DNA from: Carpediemonas membranifera BICM
Taxonomy: Eukaryota > Protista > Fornicata
Assembly (NCBI GenBank): GCA_019828565.1
Contig: JAHDYR010000024.1
Span: forward strand, 132,534 to 196,533
Length of the DNA stretch: 64,000 nt
Direction: 5' to 3'
The notes under the pieces were generated by a model. That model saw only the letters and a list, made by a program, of their open reading frames with translations, was not told the DNA's origin and did no database searches. Each line of letters starts with the position of its first letter. Within the stretch, counting starts at the first letter, position 1. The position numbers and the translations under genes are program-made. Of the stretch, positions 34,728 through 46,869 are shown piece by piece.

Positions 34728-36986
34728 TCAGATCGTCCAGCGACTTCTGAAGAACGTCTCGAGGGGGGTCTGCCGACCGGACATGGCGTCTAGCAGAGGC
34801 TTAGCTCGGACCGCGAAGTTGGGTATGTAATCGCGGAAATAGTTGAGGAATCCGTTGAGACCCTGCATGCCCTTCGTGGATGAAGACAGCTTGAGGTTCG
34901 CGATATCTTCGGTCCGCTGGGGTGAGATCTTCACGCTGCCTTGGGATATGATCCACCCGAGGAACTCGACCTCTTGCCGACCGAACTGGCACTTATCTCG
35001 GCCGAGCTGAAGGTTAAGCTTGTCAACGCGTTGCATGACTTTTTCGAGGTTTCCCAGGTACTCGTCCTCATCCGCACCCATGACGATGATGTCATCAATG
35101 TATATGACACAGGCGGAGCCCACCAGACCCTTGAACCCGTCTTCCATCGCCCTCTGGAAGTACGCTCCGGCGTTACGTAAGCCGAAGGGCATCCGTGTAT
35201 ATTGGTATTGACCAAAAACAGTACGGAAGGCGGTTAGGTGACGGCACCGTTCAGTAAGAGGGATCTGATGGTATCCTGCTGACAAGTCTAGGGTAGCGAA
35301 CACAGACTTTCCGGACAGTTGAGTGAGAACTTCGTCTATGCGAGGGATGGGGTAGTCGAATGGTTCCGTTAGTTGATTGATCTCGCGGAAGTCGACGACA
35401 AAACGCGTCTTTCCCCCCTTCTTTGGAACTATGATGGTAGGGCTCGCGTATTGAGACTGGCATGCCTCGATGTAGCGCTTTGCCAGGAGCGTATTAATGT
35501 GCTCTTGAATGATCGGGACTTTCGGCGGGGGAACATAGTACGGCCGAATGTGTACGACTCTGTCGCCCTTGAGGACCAAATCATACGGTTCGAGCCGGCT
35601 TGGCTCGGTACGGTCCACGAATGTCCGGGCGTAACGCTTGAGGATGTCGGCCTGCCTCTGAGAAAAGGAAGAGGACATGGCTCTGGCTTGCGCGACGTAC
35701 TTCTCGAATGTAGGTGGTTCGTCGCTGGCTGCGAGCTCGCTGGTAGGCTCAGACAACGAAGGGAGAAGGCCGATCTCCACCATCTGAGGGTAACCCAGGC
35801 ATACATCGAAAGCGGTCGACAGGACGTAGGCCTTAATAGTGATAGAGCATCCGCGCGGAGTGAATGGCGAGGGCGCTAAGACGAGGCGGAAGGATACCTG
35901 ACCCTCGGCCTCTCTGACGCCGCCCACTGTCTCGATAAGTGTCTTCTCGTGTGAGATCCACTTCACTGCCTTGCCGTAGCAGAGCTTGGGGTCAATGGTT
36001 GCGCAGTCAGCGCCCGAGTCGAACAGGACGGACACGACTTGCTTAAGAATGCTAGCCTTGACGGTGGGAAGGACACTCTGACGGGAACCGAGAGAAAACA
36101 CACAACGAGCTGAATTTACCTCAGAACGGCAGAATTCAGCTCGGTGGCCCGGCTTCTGGCACTTGGAACAGGTTGTCTTCGGAGCAGGGCATCGGCGAGC
36201 GGAGTGACCGACCTTACCGCAGTTGAAGCACACGAATGGCTTCTTCTCGTGCTTGGGCTTGTCGATCGGCTTGCCTTTTGAGGGGGCTACGTTCGTGCGG
36301 TCAGGCTCGCGTCGATGAGGGTTCTTCGGACCGCTCCCCGTGTGCCGTGTATGGGAGGGCGTGGTGTTGGTACGCTGTGAGTCGGAGACCCCCGCAGCGC
36401 CGAAGGAAGCGATCATCTCCTTGGACTCCTTGAGGTCGCGTGACATGACGAGGACATCAGCCATTGCGTCCTTGAGATCCTTGCGCTCCGTTGATTCTCT
36501 GACTCGATACATGATGCGACTGTTGTTGGGGAACTTGAAGCAGCGGCTGTACGTCTCCTTCAAGACGTCCTCGGGATCTTCGGGTTGAACGAGCTTCAAG
36601 AGCAGATTGAATCGGCGGTTCACTCGAGCAACCTCATCAGGCTCGAAGGACTTGGCGGGGACTCGGAAGAGCTGTAGACGCATGCTCGGGCGAGAAGGTC
36701 GAAGGGCAGCACCGAGGCGCTTGAGGACTCGTTCATCTTGGGCTGCGACACGACGTTTCTTACGGAGCTTCGCGGAGAGCAGGAGAGGAGTGTCTTCAAC
36801 CTCTTCGTCGTCGTTAAGGCCTGCTAGCTCTGCTATGCTAGGCTCGATGAGGTCAATAACATCATCGCGGCCGCCTAAGGCGCGATGATCGTGGAGGTTA
36901 TCCGCAAAGTCCAAAAGAGCGTCCATGGAGGACTTCTTCAGGAGAGGCGGATTCTTCTTCAGGCTTCTGTAAGTTTCCGTACCCAT
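34728..36986 (-). CDS. gag-pol: G1 gag-protease-RT polyprotein
   Basis: CFNCGKVGHSARRC, CSKCQKPGHRAEFC, LFDSGA, LDLSAGYHQI, MPFG, YIDD. Confidence 0.95.
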   Translation of the reverse strand: MGTETYRSLKKNPPLLKKSSMDALLDFADNLHDHRALGGRDDVIDLIEPSIAELAGLNDDEEVEDTPLLLSAKLRKKRRVAAQDERVLKRLGAALRPSRPSMRLQLFRVPAKSFEPDEVARVNRRFNLLLKLVQPEDPEDVLKETYSRCFKFPNNSRIMYRVRESTERKDLKDAMADVLVMSRDLKESKEMIASFGAAGVSDSQRTNTTPSHTRHTGSGPKNPHRREPDRTNVAPSKGKPIDKPKHEKKPFVCFNCGKVGHSARRCPAPKTTCSKCQKPGHRAEFCRSEVNSARCVFSLGSRQSVLPTVKASILKQVVSVLFDSGADCATIDPKLCYGKAVKWISHEKTLIETVGGVREAEGQVSFRLVLAPSPFTPRGCSITIKAYVLSTAFDVCLGYPQMVEIGLLPSLSEPTSELAASDEPPTFEKYVAQARAMSSSFSQRQADILKRYARTFVDRTEPSRLEPYDLVLKGDRVVHIRPYYVPPPKVPIIQEHINTLLAKRYIEACQSQYASPTIIVPKKGGKTRFVVDFREINQLTEPFDYPIPRIDEVLTQLSGKSVFATLDLSAGYHQIPLTERCRHLTAFRTVFGQYQYTRMPFGLRNAGAYFQRAMEDGFKGLVGSACVIYIDDIIVMGADEDEYLGNLEKVMQRVDKLNLQLGRDKCQFGRQEVEFLGWIISQGSVKISPQRTEDIANLKLSSSTKGMQGLNGFLNYFRDYIPNFAVRAKPLLDAMSGRQTPLETFFRSRWTI

Positions 36987-38044
36987 ATGTTTTGGTAGTA
37001 CTAGTACTGTGGTTCAATGGGTGTTGAACTTTTACTGAGGAGAAGACTCGACACAAGGGTGTCGAGGAGAAACTCCTTGACTATTAAATATAACGTAAAT
37101 CTGTGTAACTTTGGGTAGGACCCACAACAGTAGAGGTCTGATCTGAGCCTCGTTATAATAGTCTGCCCGAGTAGAGTCCAGCCATACCATAAATGCCCCC
37201 CATTCCCCCCCTCCCAGTCGCTCATACCTCCAAAATGGCCTATATTCCCTGTAGGAAGCTTAATAAGGGCGGATTTCCCATAAGTCGTGGCATAGAGGGA
37301 AGAGGCTTTGTACACAGCCCCCTGATCGTGGGTTCAATTTTCACCGGGAGCAATATGCTCTTTTTGGCAGACAACGCCGCTCCGAGCTCTATTGCGCCCA
37401 GCGGTGCCTGCAGCGGCCAGAACAGAGCTAGAATTCGGGTGATTTTTAATCTCGATCGAAATGCTGCTGACGCACGCTCTAGAGGGACTGAAGCGCTCCT
37501 CGAGGCGCCAATGAATGGAGATAGATCGTGTTGTTCGCGTTTACTTTGAATACTGCAGCAATAATGGAGATGATGAAACTTGCTGGGTAATACGGACGTA
37601 TTCCTGAACTCCACGTCCTGGAATCGTCATAAAGCTCCTACACGATCACTCTACATGCCCCAGAAGCATTGTACGCATGCTCTGAACCGCTGGAGCTGAT
37701 GTTGGGCTGCTCCGCAGGATAAGGGATGATCGCTCATGGACGTCTGAAAGCAGATCCTGGACGATAGAAGGGACGAAGAGAACACGTAAACATTTACATT
37801 CATTGCGACGCGTATGCCAGCTGGGTTGGCACTGGCGACATCAACGCAGACTTCGCCATCGCTGTCGGTGGTAGGCGAGTCGTTGATGTTGTTAAGGAGT
37901 GATGTGGATGATGGAACTTGCTGTTGAGGGCGCCGGTGATGCGGGGCTGGCGTGGGGCTGGCGGTTGCGGTGTGGGTGTGGCGCTGAGGGCGGTAACGTC
38001 GTGGCGCAGAGGGCGCTGGCGTAGGGGTGCTGTGTGGGCGCTGC

Positions 38045-38290
38045 GATGAGGGCGCCAGAAATGAGGCGCCAGGGATGAGGCGCCAGGATGAGGCGCCAGG
38101 GATGAGGCGCCATGGATGAGGGCGCCATGGATGAGGCGCCAGGGATGAGGCGCCAGGGATGAGGGCGCCAGGGATGAGGCGCCAGGGATTAGGGCGCCAG
38201 GGATGAGGCGCCATGGATGAGGGCGCCAGGGATGAGGCGCCAGGGATGAGTGCGCCAGGATGAGGGCGCCAGGATGAGGGCATCAGGCAT
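38045..38290. repeat. 14-16-bp minisatellite (GGATGAGG[G]CGCCA)n, outer TIR copy
   Basis: Directly visible tandem array. Confidence 0.95.
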
Positions 38291-38526
38291 GTGAGGGCGC
38301 TGCTGCTGGCGTGGTGGCGCTGTGCGGGCGCCTCAGGCCACGAGTACAGTATCGAACCCCGAAAACGCCATAATGCCAACACCAATGAGCTTCATCAACG
38401 AAGATGCGCTCACTGGTGCCGGTTATGGCGTTTTCGGGGTTCGTCGACATTTGTAGTGTGAGATAAACTGCACCCTGTTCACATCAGTCCATTGTGGCGA
38501 CAGAAGCTTCTACTGCTATTAAGAAC

Positions 38527-41500
38527 ATGGACATATCAGCTTTGAAGGATCCCCCTAACAAACGGGATTATGCTGCATGGAATCACTGGATCCTCCTACT
38601 GAAAAATCACAATCTCAGTGATAACAAGAACGTGCTGACACTTGGGAAGGTTCTATCGAACGCACCCGCATTGGCTTTCTTAGCCACCATTCATGACCCC
38701 ACGGCGGAGCTGAAGGTTCTGCCCAATTCCTACTCTTCATCAACACGAAAGTTCACCTCTGCTACTGAACTCGTGTCGTATTTGGCCCAAGAGATAGAGC
38801 CATACCTCTCATCGAAGATGTATAACGGTTCATCTGACCGTTTCACGAAGCTCTCTCGAACAGTAACCATGCTTAAGGAGTATATTACTACTCTTCAGAT
38901 TGTTCCCGATGAGGAGACGCCTGATGCTAAGGCTAAGCGTGAAGACAAGCTCTCGAAGGCAAGAGCTAACTATTTGACGACGATGGAGGAGACCATAGAG
39001 CACTCGCTCGCTCTCCCTAAGGAGACGGCCCTATCCAAGACCGAAGCCCTCGGTAAGCAGGCCGACAATTACCTTGACTACTTGCGTCAGGAACTTAAGA
39101 TGACGGATTCTGATGCTCTAGCTATCTTGGCGGCTGTGTCGCAGGTCAATCACGGAACAAGGCTCGAATCGCTCGAGTCCACCATCACATTCCTATTGGC
39201 CTTCCGCCAGACCCTGGATTCGCTTCAGTGCTCCGATGACCATGGTCTAAGAAGTGAGATTAAGAGGCTCCTCATCGAAGGAGTGCGTGCCCCGAATGAC
39301 GTCACCCTCAACTACCTCTTTGGCACGGGGGTACTCTCGGCGCATACTCGATCATACTGTGACTGTTGACACCTTGATTAGCGAGGCTCTCAAGAAGTCC
39401 ACTGAGCTTCGCGACTTTCTACGTAGAGTTGATGGAGTCATGGAGGCTGTGACCCCCATCTCCACTCAGTCCAAGCCCTTCTCCCGTACTGTTAAGGGAG
39501 ACATCGCTCCGAGGGCGATGACCGCAGGCCCGAAGAACTCCGGTGGGAAATTCTGTTGCTTCCACCTCGTCGACGACCACGGTAGCAGTGACTGCCACGT
39601 CCTACAGGCTGCGAATGCAAAGCAGCAAGCCGACATTACTAAGGTCCTTACCATCCCCAAGCTCATGAACCATGTCCGGAGAGCTCAGGATCTCGACAAG
39701 CAGCCTTGTAAGACTGCTTTAGCTGCTATGAAGGCGCACAATGTGACTCTGGAGTCCATCGCTGACCGAGTCAAGACTGAAGGGCGCTCGACACGCAACA
39801 AGAACTCTTACAATGGTTTTATCCCGAAGGCTGAGCACTCGGGTATCTATGTTGAACCCATGATGACTGAGCTGCCTGAAACCTACGATGACTTCCTCGT
39901 CGAGGTTAGCACACGTCACGGCGGTCCTGTGGTTGTTGCAGAGGCCGACTCTTGTGCCAAGCAGTTTGCCGTTATGATGAGGCCTGAGGCGGCTGAACGC
40001 CTGGGTCTAACAGTTACACCGGCCGAGGGCCACGTCAACAGCTGGAATGGCCAGTGTGGCTGCTATGTTGGTACTACGACGCTGAGCCCTATTGTCTCCA
40101 TGCCCGGTTGTTTCCCGGTGCGTGGCCGACAGCTTGATGCTGTTATTATCCCTGACCTACCCACGGCACTCATCCTGGGTAAGACTGCCATGCGTGCAGT
40201 AGGACTGTCCTTTGGCGTTAATAAGCCAGAGCCGGAGGAGGATAAGACTCCTTCGACAGATCCGGTCAACGACTTTGTTGAGTTAGCTAACCTATATGTC
40301 GGCGGCTACACTCTTCCTACTATCCATGATTCGAACCTCGGTGATCTTGCACCTAAGTTCCATGCACTGTGCGAGAAGCATAGTGAGCTCTTTGGTCCGT
40401 TGCACCCATCGGGAGCTGATTTGGCAGAGTTTGACATTATCTGGAAGGATGGCATCGTCCCCTCCCAGATCATGAGACCTATCCGGAACAAGGCCCACCT
40501 CGAGGCCATGGATACCTTTATTGAGTCTATGCTTGATAACGGGACCATCGAGAGCACAACTGCTGACCTGAAATGGCTCTCCCCCGTGTTTATGGTTGGT
40601 AAGCCCTCCGCGAACCCACCGTTCAGACCCATTCTCGACTACCGCCATGTTAACGCGGCTACTGAGGTCGAGGAACATCCTATGCCAACTGTGGAAGAGC
40701 TTTTACGAGGCATGTCGAGGCTCCGAGGTGTTTGCCTGCTTCGACCTCCGCTCGGGTTTCCATCAGCTCAATCTGACCGAGCAGGCCTCTATGGCGACAG
40801 GCTTTGAACATCGTGGCGAGAGATATGTCTTCCGTCGTCTGCCCTTTGGCCTCATGAATGGGCCTATGATCTTTCAGTCCAGACTTGATGGTCTGCGTCG
40901 CAAGTACAAGCTTAAGTGCCTGATCTTTGTTGATGACGTACTCTGCTACGCAGGCTCGGCTGCAGACCTCCTTTCTGTGGTTGAGGAGCTGTTTGACGTC
41001 TGCTGTGATCATCGAATCCGGCTGTCGGGGCCCAAGTCTCACATTGGCTTAACCCAAATTGATTATCTGGGTTCGGTTGTGTCTGGAACGGGGGTCTCGA
41101 TCCACCCATCCAGACTCGACTCATTGACTAATATCCGTGTCCCTCTGAACAAGTCCGAAGCACAACATGTGCTCGGGGTTTTTGGCTTTATCAGAAGATT
41201 TATACCGGACTACATCGGAAAGGCAGACCCTCTCGAGAGGTTTAAGGCCGGGGAGACGATTTCAGTTGAGCAGAGACGCCACTCCCTTGAGTGTTTGAGA
41301 GAGGCTGCAAGTGAGGCGGTCACACTCTATCATTTCAATCCCAACAAGCCACTCGATCTCTATACTGACGCGAGCAACGTGGGCGTTGGTGCCGTCCTGG
41401 TGCAGGATGGCCACCCTTTGGCATTCTTTTCACGCCGCTTTGACAAACAGCAGTGTGTCTGGAAGACTGTCGAGAAAGAGCAGTGGGCTGTGTTCGCTGC

Positions 41501-41629
41501 TCTGGAGCGCTTCCGTCCTATGCTTATTGGTACGCCCATATCACTCCACACTGACAACTCATGCCTTGTGTCGATGGTTGCATCCTCGACGCCCAAGGTC
41601 ACTCGTTGGGCCTTAGAGATGGCCCGCTT
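38527..41629 (+). pseudogene. gag-pol: G2 gag, protease, RT, RNase H (two frameshifts)
   Basis: CCFHLVDDHGSSDC knuckle, ADSCA...LILG protease, FDLRSGFHQL, LPFG, FVDD, YTDAS, EKE, TDN. Confidence 0.9.
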
Positions 41630-41886
41630 CATACTGTCAACATCCCTAGATTATCTTTGCTAAACCCTAGATTATCTTCGACCTCAAAACGCTAGATAAT
41701 CTACAATTTCTTGCTCAGAAATGAAGTATTCATTAAATTTAAGCTATTTAGAGATAAACGAAGGTCTTCTTTAGAGTCCATATGATGTACGTAGAGCATG
41801 GAAAGAAGCTCTGGCTCTGACTCCTTGCCTGGTTTGAGCATTTCGCCGTGCAGGTTAAGACGAAACGATAAAATGGACAATAACAG

Positions 41887-41990
41887 AAAATCTAACAGGT
41901 AGATTCACTACGATAGTGATTATGTGAGTAGTTGAAAGGAGGTACATATGCGCATAATCACTTTCAGAGTGAATCTACCTGTTAGATTTT
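41887..41990. repeat. 104-bp hairpin (23-bp + 10-bp arms); second copy at ~59542-59646
   Basis: AAAATCTAACAGGTAGATTCACT / AGTGAATCTACCTGTTAGATTTT and AGTGATTATG / CATAATCACT. Confidence 0.9.
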
Positions 41991-43569
41991 GAGATATGGT
42001 CGATTTCTTGTTTTTTGACTTGGCTAGAGTCGAATTGAAGAAAAGGAGAGGCTATTACTCAGGGAATATTGCTCGTCAAAGAAAAAGCAAGCAAGGCCGC
42101 GAGGTATGGCCACCCGACCTACAAGATGGGCTGGGTGTCATCGCGTAAGGACGACCGGTCGTGCGCGGTCAACGCTGACAAAACTTAGCGATTCAGAGAA
42201 ATAAATGGCGCCACCGTATTCAGCACAAGGCAGTGAACTCAGCTATATGTTTTTTTCTCAGTATATTTACCCAGCGGCTGATCCCACAGTTTAAGGACGG
42301 GTATTAGCCTGCACTTTGCATGAAAAAATTATGCCTGAACACGACCAATTATCCAAAACACAGCATTTAGCATGCAACAGGAGCTGGAAGCAGCTGCAAC
42401 ATCTATTCTAGGCCATTCCACAACCATTACGCAAGAAATTGACGCAATAGAGGCCATTCAGTCCCATTACTTCATAGATTCACGCTTGAACGATATTACG
42501 AGCCTTATCAGGCGAGAAACAAGAAAGCTGAACGCGATTGGTGACTCCTTTCTCGCTGAGACATATGCAGCATACTGACAGCCACGACACGCTGTTCAAG
42601 CAGATTTAAGGGAGCGCCATCACCAAACACGTAAATAGACCTGTATACGACAACCAGAGACGGACGTATGAGTCAGAACGGTGTGCTACCGGAATACGCA
42701 GGGTGTTTTGTGCCCTGTTGATTCCAGGAGCACGCTGCTCTGGGCCACGTGAGATACCGCGAGACTAAATCCGATCTTTACTATCTCTTACATATGCAAA
42801 TATCATGAGTGTGTCCCTGCTCGTGAATGGGAACATCCAGCCAGTCTGAGTCAAAGCTACGGTCTGCTTTCGACAAGACAGTGCGCCATAGGCCGTTGAC
42901 TAAACACCATGTGCAGCTTTTGGCACTCAGTCGACCTCTGTTTGAAGGTCAAGTGGATGGTCTATGGAAGAAGGTGTTGAGGTAGGGCTCGTGTTTGACG
43001 GGCAATGAGGAAGGAGAGATCTCACTGGATGTGTGCATCTGCGGCAAGTATGAGTAAAGAATGAAAACATGATTGGTAGTTATAGATCGCGAGAATAGGC
43101 ATTCTCATCTGCATTGCGGAGAAAAAGGAGTTGATGTTGTATTAAGAAAAGGACGAATGCATTATCAGCCATTTGAATGCATGGCTCCAAACTACACGCG
43201 TTTTGGCGTTGATATTGATTATTAAATGCACTGTTGGTAGCCTATTGAGGGATTTCGTCACTGTACTCGAATGCACAAGTGTGCATTTTATGCTCGCAAC
43301 GAGACTGAAATGGCGAACTGACGAATAGAAAGAATACGCTGCAAAGGGGGCACAATGCGCTCAGAGAGCGATACTGCCGACAGTATCGTCTTTTCCTTCA
43401 TCTGACATTGTAAAGAGGAAGAGTTTATGATTGGAGCATAGCTGATGTCCATAAACACCATTCATAAGCCAGTCCTGGCTTGTTTTCCACTGCTACTTCT
43501 CTCGTTGCGACGCACAGCTAGCTGTCGCGAAATGCACTTTAAGACCAATTTTCACACAGCTACCTGTGC

Positions 43570-43920
43570 ATGGTGTTCGAGCTAGATAGCGACAAGCTGG
43601 AGCGACTTACTTCCTTACCTGGTAATAGTAGACAATATCTGCACGACTTTGAACCTGAAAAGCTGCAGGTCGTGATCAAAGTTGATGAGCATTATGGTAT
43701 GGAGGTTCCCACCCTGCTAGCGCTCAAGGACAGTCCGCATGTCCTCCCTGTCGTCGATACAGGTTTTGTCGACCGTGATCCAGCCTATATGCGGTATTGC
43801 AATTTCAGAATTTCGTACATACAAAATTATCAAATACTTGGATTCGACCTAAACTTGGCTCAGATCCGCAATCCTGAGCTGGAGTGGGTTCATGGGAACA
43901 TTTTTAAAATTTTAAAGTAG
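43570..43920 (+). pseudogene. Protein-kinase N-lobe-like fragment
   Basis: QVVIK...E...L...SPHVLPVVD resembles subdomains II-IV; no catalytic loop or DFG seen. Confidence 0.4.
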
Positions 43921-44937
43921 TCATGAACATCCAAATTCTAAGACAATCTCCGGTACTGGAAGTAATTCTGAAATTGCAATACCAACACAAGTTATATTTC
44001 TGAAAACCGAATACACGGTGATACTGTTATCTATTAGCTCCAGTAGGGACCCAGGCCAGGTTTTGTACACCCTACCCGCTTGCCTCGGAATTCGGACATG
44101 CCGAAATTCTGAAATTCGAATACCACCGCCCATTTTTGACGTATGAGATCAGTATCCCATGCCAAACCTCAGGACGGCATTGTGTACCTTGTCCTGCCCT
44201 GTATCCATTAGATAACCACCCACTTTCCTTTCACAATGTGCATTTTATGCTCGCAACGAGACCGAAATGAGGATCTTAAGAATAGAAAGAATACTGGCGG
44301 CTTTAACGTAGTAGGCATGTGCACAACACTAAGAAACATCAGTAAGCGAGCGCAGAGCATCATTAAAGCAACAATTATCCCTAAACAACATCAACAACTA
44401 TAAGTCCACTAGGACCATACGATATGAACTATAAATGAACCACAGAGCAGTATAGATGATTTGAGAGTACCAGGCATGGCCAGAATACCGCAATACTCGC
44501 CCGTTGATCCACGTGACCTCCATCTTGGTCGGTATCCAGAGAACGCCCGTCAGACGCTTGCAACGGAACATTTAGGGGGTGCATCCTGAATAGGGCCAGA
44601 TTTGAGGGACCCTTGGTCTGATATGTCATGACCGAGTTCTCTAGGGGCCTCCACAGTGCGTCCCGAGGTACGTTAGAGCACCACAGACCTTCCCCCAAAA
44701 AGCTGACTCCTGGACCCCTTGGCCGGAGCTCGCCCGAAGCGTGCCTCGGCTTGAACTAACGGCAAGAGAGCATAAAATCAGCCCTTTCGAACCGTGTTTT
44801 ATGCTCTGCTGCCGTTATAGAATTATTCAAAGGGCCCTCTCTTTGCGCTTTTTTTCTGGTTCGTGGGACGAAGTAGGGACGGACAAAAAAGCACATACGG
44901 AAGGTATTGGAGGTACTGAGGCCGCCTAGGTACATAG

Positions 44938-46869
44938 TTGCCGTGTGGATGGTTTCAGTTTATTAAGGAGGAGCTCCAGGATAAGTTGAAGAAGCAGTTT
45001 ATGGCACTCGCCGGACCAAGAAGTTCCAAGAAGCTGAAGCATATCGTGTATAGCCAGGAGAAGCGCAAGGCGCGTAAGGCCATTATTGAGGCCATTGACG
45101 CCGAGGAGAAGGACAAGGGCAAGGGCAAGGCCGAGAGCGCTAAGAAAGAACCCGTCGACGATGAGAGTGGCGTGGACAGTGGTGAAGAGAGCGGCGTCGA
45201 CGATTCTGAGTTGTGCGACAGTGAGAGTGAGGTGGACTTTGACAACGAGTCCGACGATGAGATTAGAGAACGCGCGATCAAGCGCCGGCGCGAGAGAAAG
45301 ATCGCCCAGAAGCTCAAGGAGTGGGAGGACAATAACGCTCGCAACTACGTCCTGTGGCATAGAGTCCAGAAGGAGGTGCACGGCGAGCTTCGCATTCGCG
45401 CCTCTCGAGAGTCAGCTTCGGTTGCTGGGGACAACCACGTCGACGTCCAGTTCGACAGATACCTTCGCGTATCCAAGCTGCTCGAAATGAAGGACTGGAT
45501 TCACAAAGACCTCCCATCTCTTCCGATGGAGGCACGAGTGCTCCATCACAAGGCGCAGAAGAGAGTACTCGAGCTGGAGGAGACCGTCACGAGGCTGCTG
45601 CAAGACGTGGGGTACGCAGCTGACATCTCCATGGGTGCCAGCCCGACACCCGCGCCGTTTCGCCGCGACCTACCCCAGTCGGGCACACACCAAGCACGAA
45701 CGAGTACCCCCCGCCGTACGGGGAAGAGCGACACAATCCACATGAAGCGCAAGGCCCTCATGACAATCCCTCAGAAGATCGCTGATGTCGATAGCAACTC
45801 AGAGGAGTCAGACGAGGAGGAGATGGTGACAGAGGAGAAGAAGCGCGAGGCACACGAGGAGGTGGTGACAGAGGAGAGGAAGGGTGAGTCACATGAGGAG
45901 GACGTGACCAAATGCGACGCCTGCATCCAGGCTGAGCCCGAGAAGGCCAGGCCAGAGGACTCGGAGGAGGAGTCAGAGGAGGAAGAGGAGCCAGTGGAGG
46001 AGGGTGAGGCAGAGGAGGAGGAGCAGGAGGACGAGATGGCTGAGTCAGAGGTGAATGCAGAGTCAGAGGAGAAGCGTGAGGCAGATAAGGAGCAAGAGGC
46101 AGACAACGAGGTGGCATTCGAGGCTGAGTCGGACGTTGAATATGTCCAGGTCGACCACGTCGACCCAGCTTCCGAGCAGATGAGGAGCAGGGAAGTCAAG
46201 TTTAGAGTTGACGTCGCCAATCAGCTGGAGAAGAGCAAGCAGTGGGTCAGATACAAAACCCTACCCCACGGCAACTGCATAACACACTGCCTCATGATGA
46301 TCGAGGGCGTCACGGAGCCTCATGCGTTCAAGAGCTGGGAGACGATGACGAATGAAGAGCAGTGTGCAGTGGAGACGAAGGCGGACAACTACCGCGAGCA
46401 GATATACAAGGAAGCGATAGAGATGAACCGGCGGGCCACTCCGGGGTACAGGCGGCCCGAGGAGGGTCTCCGGGACGAACTTTTCCATGAAGTGTGCAGT
46501 GTACACACTGTCACGGAGGAGGGCAACATCGGTAAGCCAATCATGCAGGAGAAGTGGTTGACTCAGTGGGCTGTTGAAGCCTGGTGCTCAATGACTGGAA
46601 AGTCCGTTGCATACCTCCATGTTGTCCGGGATTTTGACCCAAAGATCGATCCAGTCGTCGGCATGTACGTTTTTAGCAAGTCTGAGGAGGGCAAGGTGAC
46701 ACATGTCGCGTTTAAGCCCAACGAAAACGGCCAGAGCGCCCTGGCGTGTTTTGCCCAACAGTGTCGCGAGTGGAAAATCGAGTATGCGGTCGAAGTGACA
46801 AGGGGACACGCCACTCTGCGCAAGGTTCCTCCCGGGCTGAAGAGGAGGAGATGGTCAGTGAAGAAGTAA
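44938..46869 (+). CDS. Acidic/charged protein with C-terminal OTU-like cysteine protease domain, copy 1 (start uncertain)
   Basis: 643-codon ORF; KTLPHGNCITHCL, WLTQWAVEAW..TGKSVAYL, RGHATL. Confidence 0.65.
   Translation: MPCGWFQFIKEELQDKLKKQFMALAGPRSSKKLKHIVYSQEKRKARKAIIEAIDAEEKDKGKGKAESAKKEPVDDESGVDSGEESGVDDSELCDSESEVDFDNESDDEIRERAIKRRRERKIAQKLKEWEDNNARNYVLWHRVQKEVHGELRIRASRESASVAGDNHVDVQFDRYLRVSKLLEMKDWIHKDLPSLPMEARVLHHKAQKRVLELEETVTRLLQDVGYAADISMGASPTPAPFRRDLPQSGTHQARTSTPRRTGKSDTIHMKRKALMTIPQKIADVDSNSEESDEEEMVTEEKKREAHEEVVTEERKGESHEEDVTKCDACIQAEPEKARPEDSEEESEEEEEPVEEGEAEEEEQEDEMAESEVNAESEEKREADKEQEADNEVAFEAESDVEYVQVDHVDPASEQMRSREVKFRVDVANQLEKSKQWVRYKTLPHGNCITHCLMMIEGVTEPHAFKSWETMTNEEQCAVETKADNYREQIYKEAIEMNRRATPGYRRPEEGLRDELFHEVCSVHTVTEEGNIGKPIMQEKWLTQWAVEAWCSMTGKSVAYLHVVRDFDPKIDPVVGMYVFSKSEEGKVTHVAFKPNENGQSALACFAQQCREWKIEYAVEVTRGHATLRKVPPGLKRRRWSVKK

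Larger units (their letters stand above)
33742..37129 (-). mobile_element. Ty3/gypsy LTR retrotransposon G1, 3' end internally deleted
   Basis: 4-bp TSD GTAG (33738-33741, 37130-37133; empty site visible in the inner TIR copy near 49935); 122-bp LTR 37008-37129; only 13 bp of the other LTR remain (33742-33754). Confidence 0.9.

Noticed and set aside
42372-43130. Remnant transposase or SWIM finger in the B arm (MQQELEAAA... ORF; VCICGK)
   Set aside because: Only short broken frames, no DDE motif or complete CxC...CxH; cannot be supported
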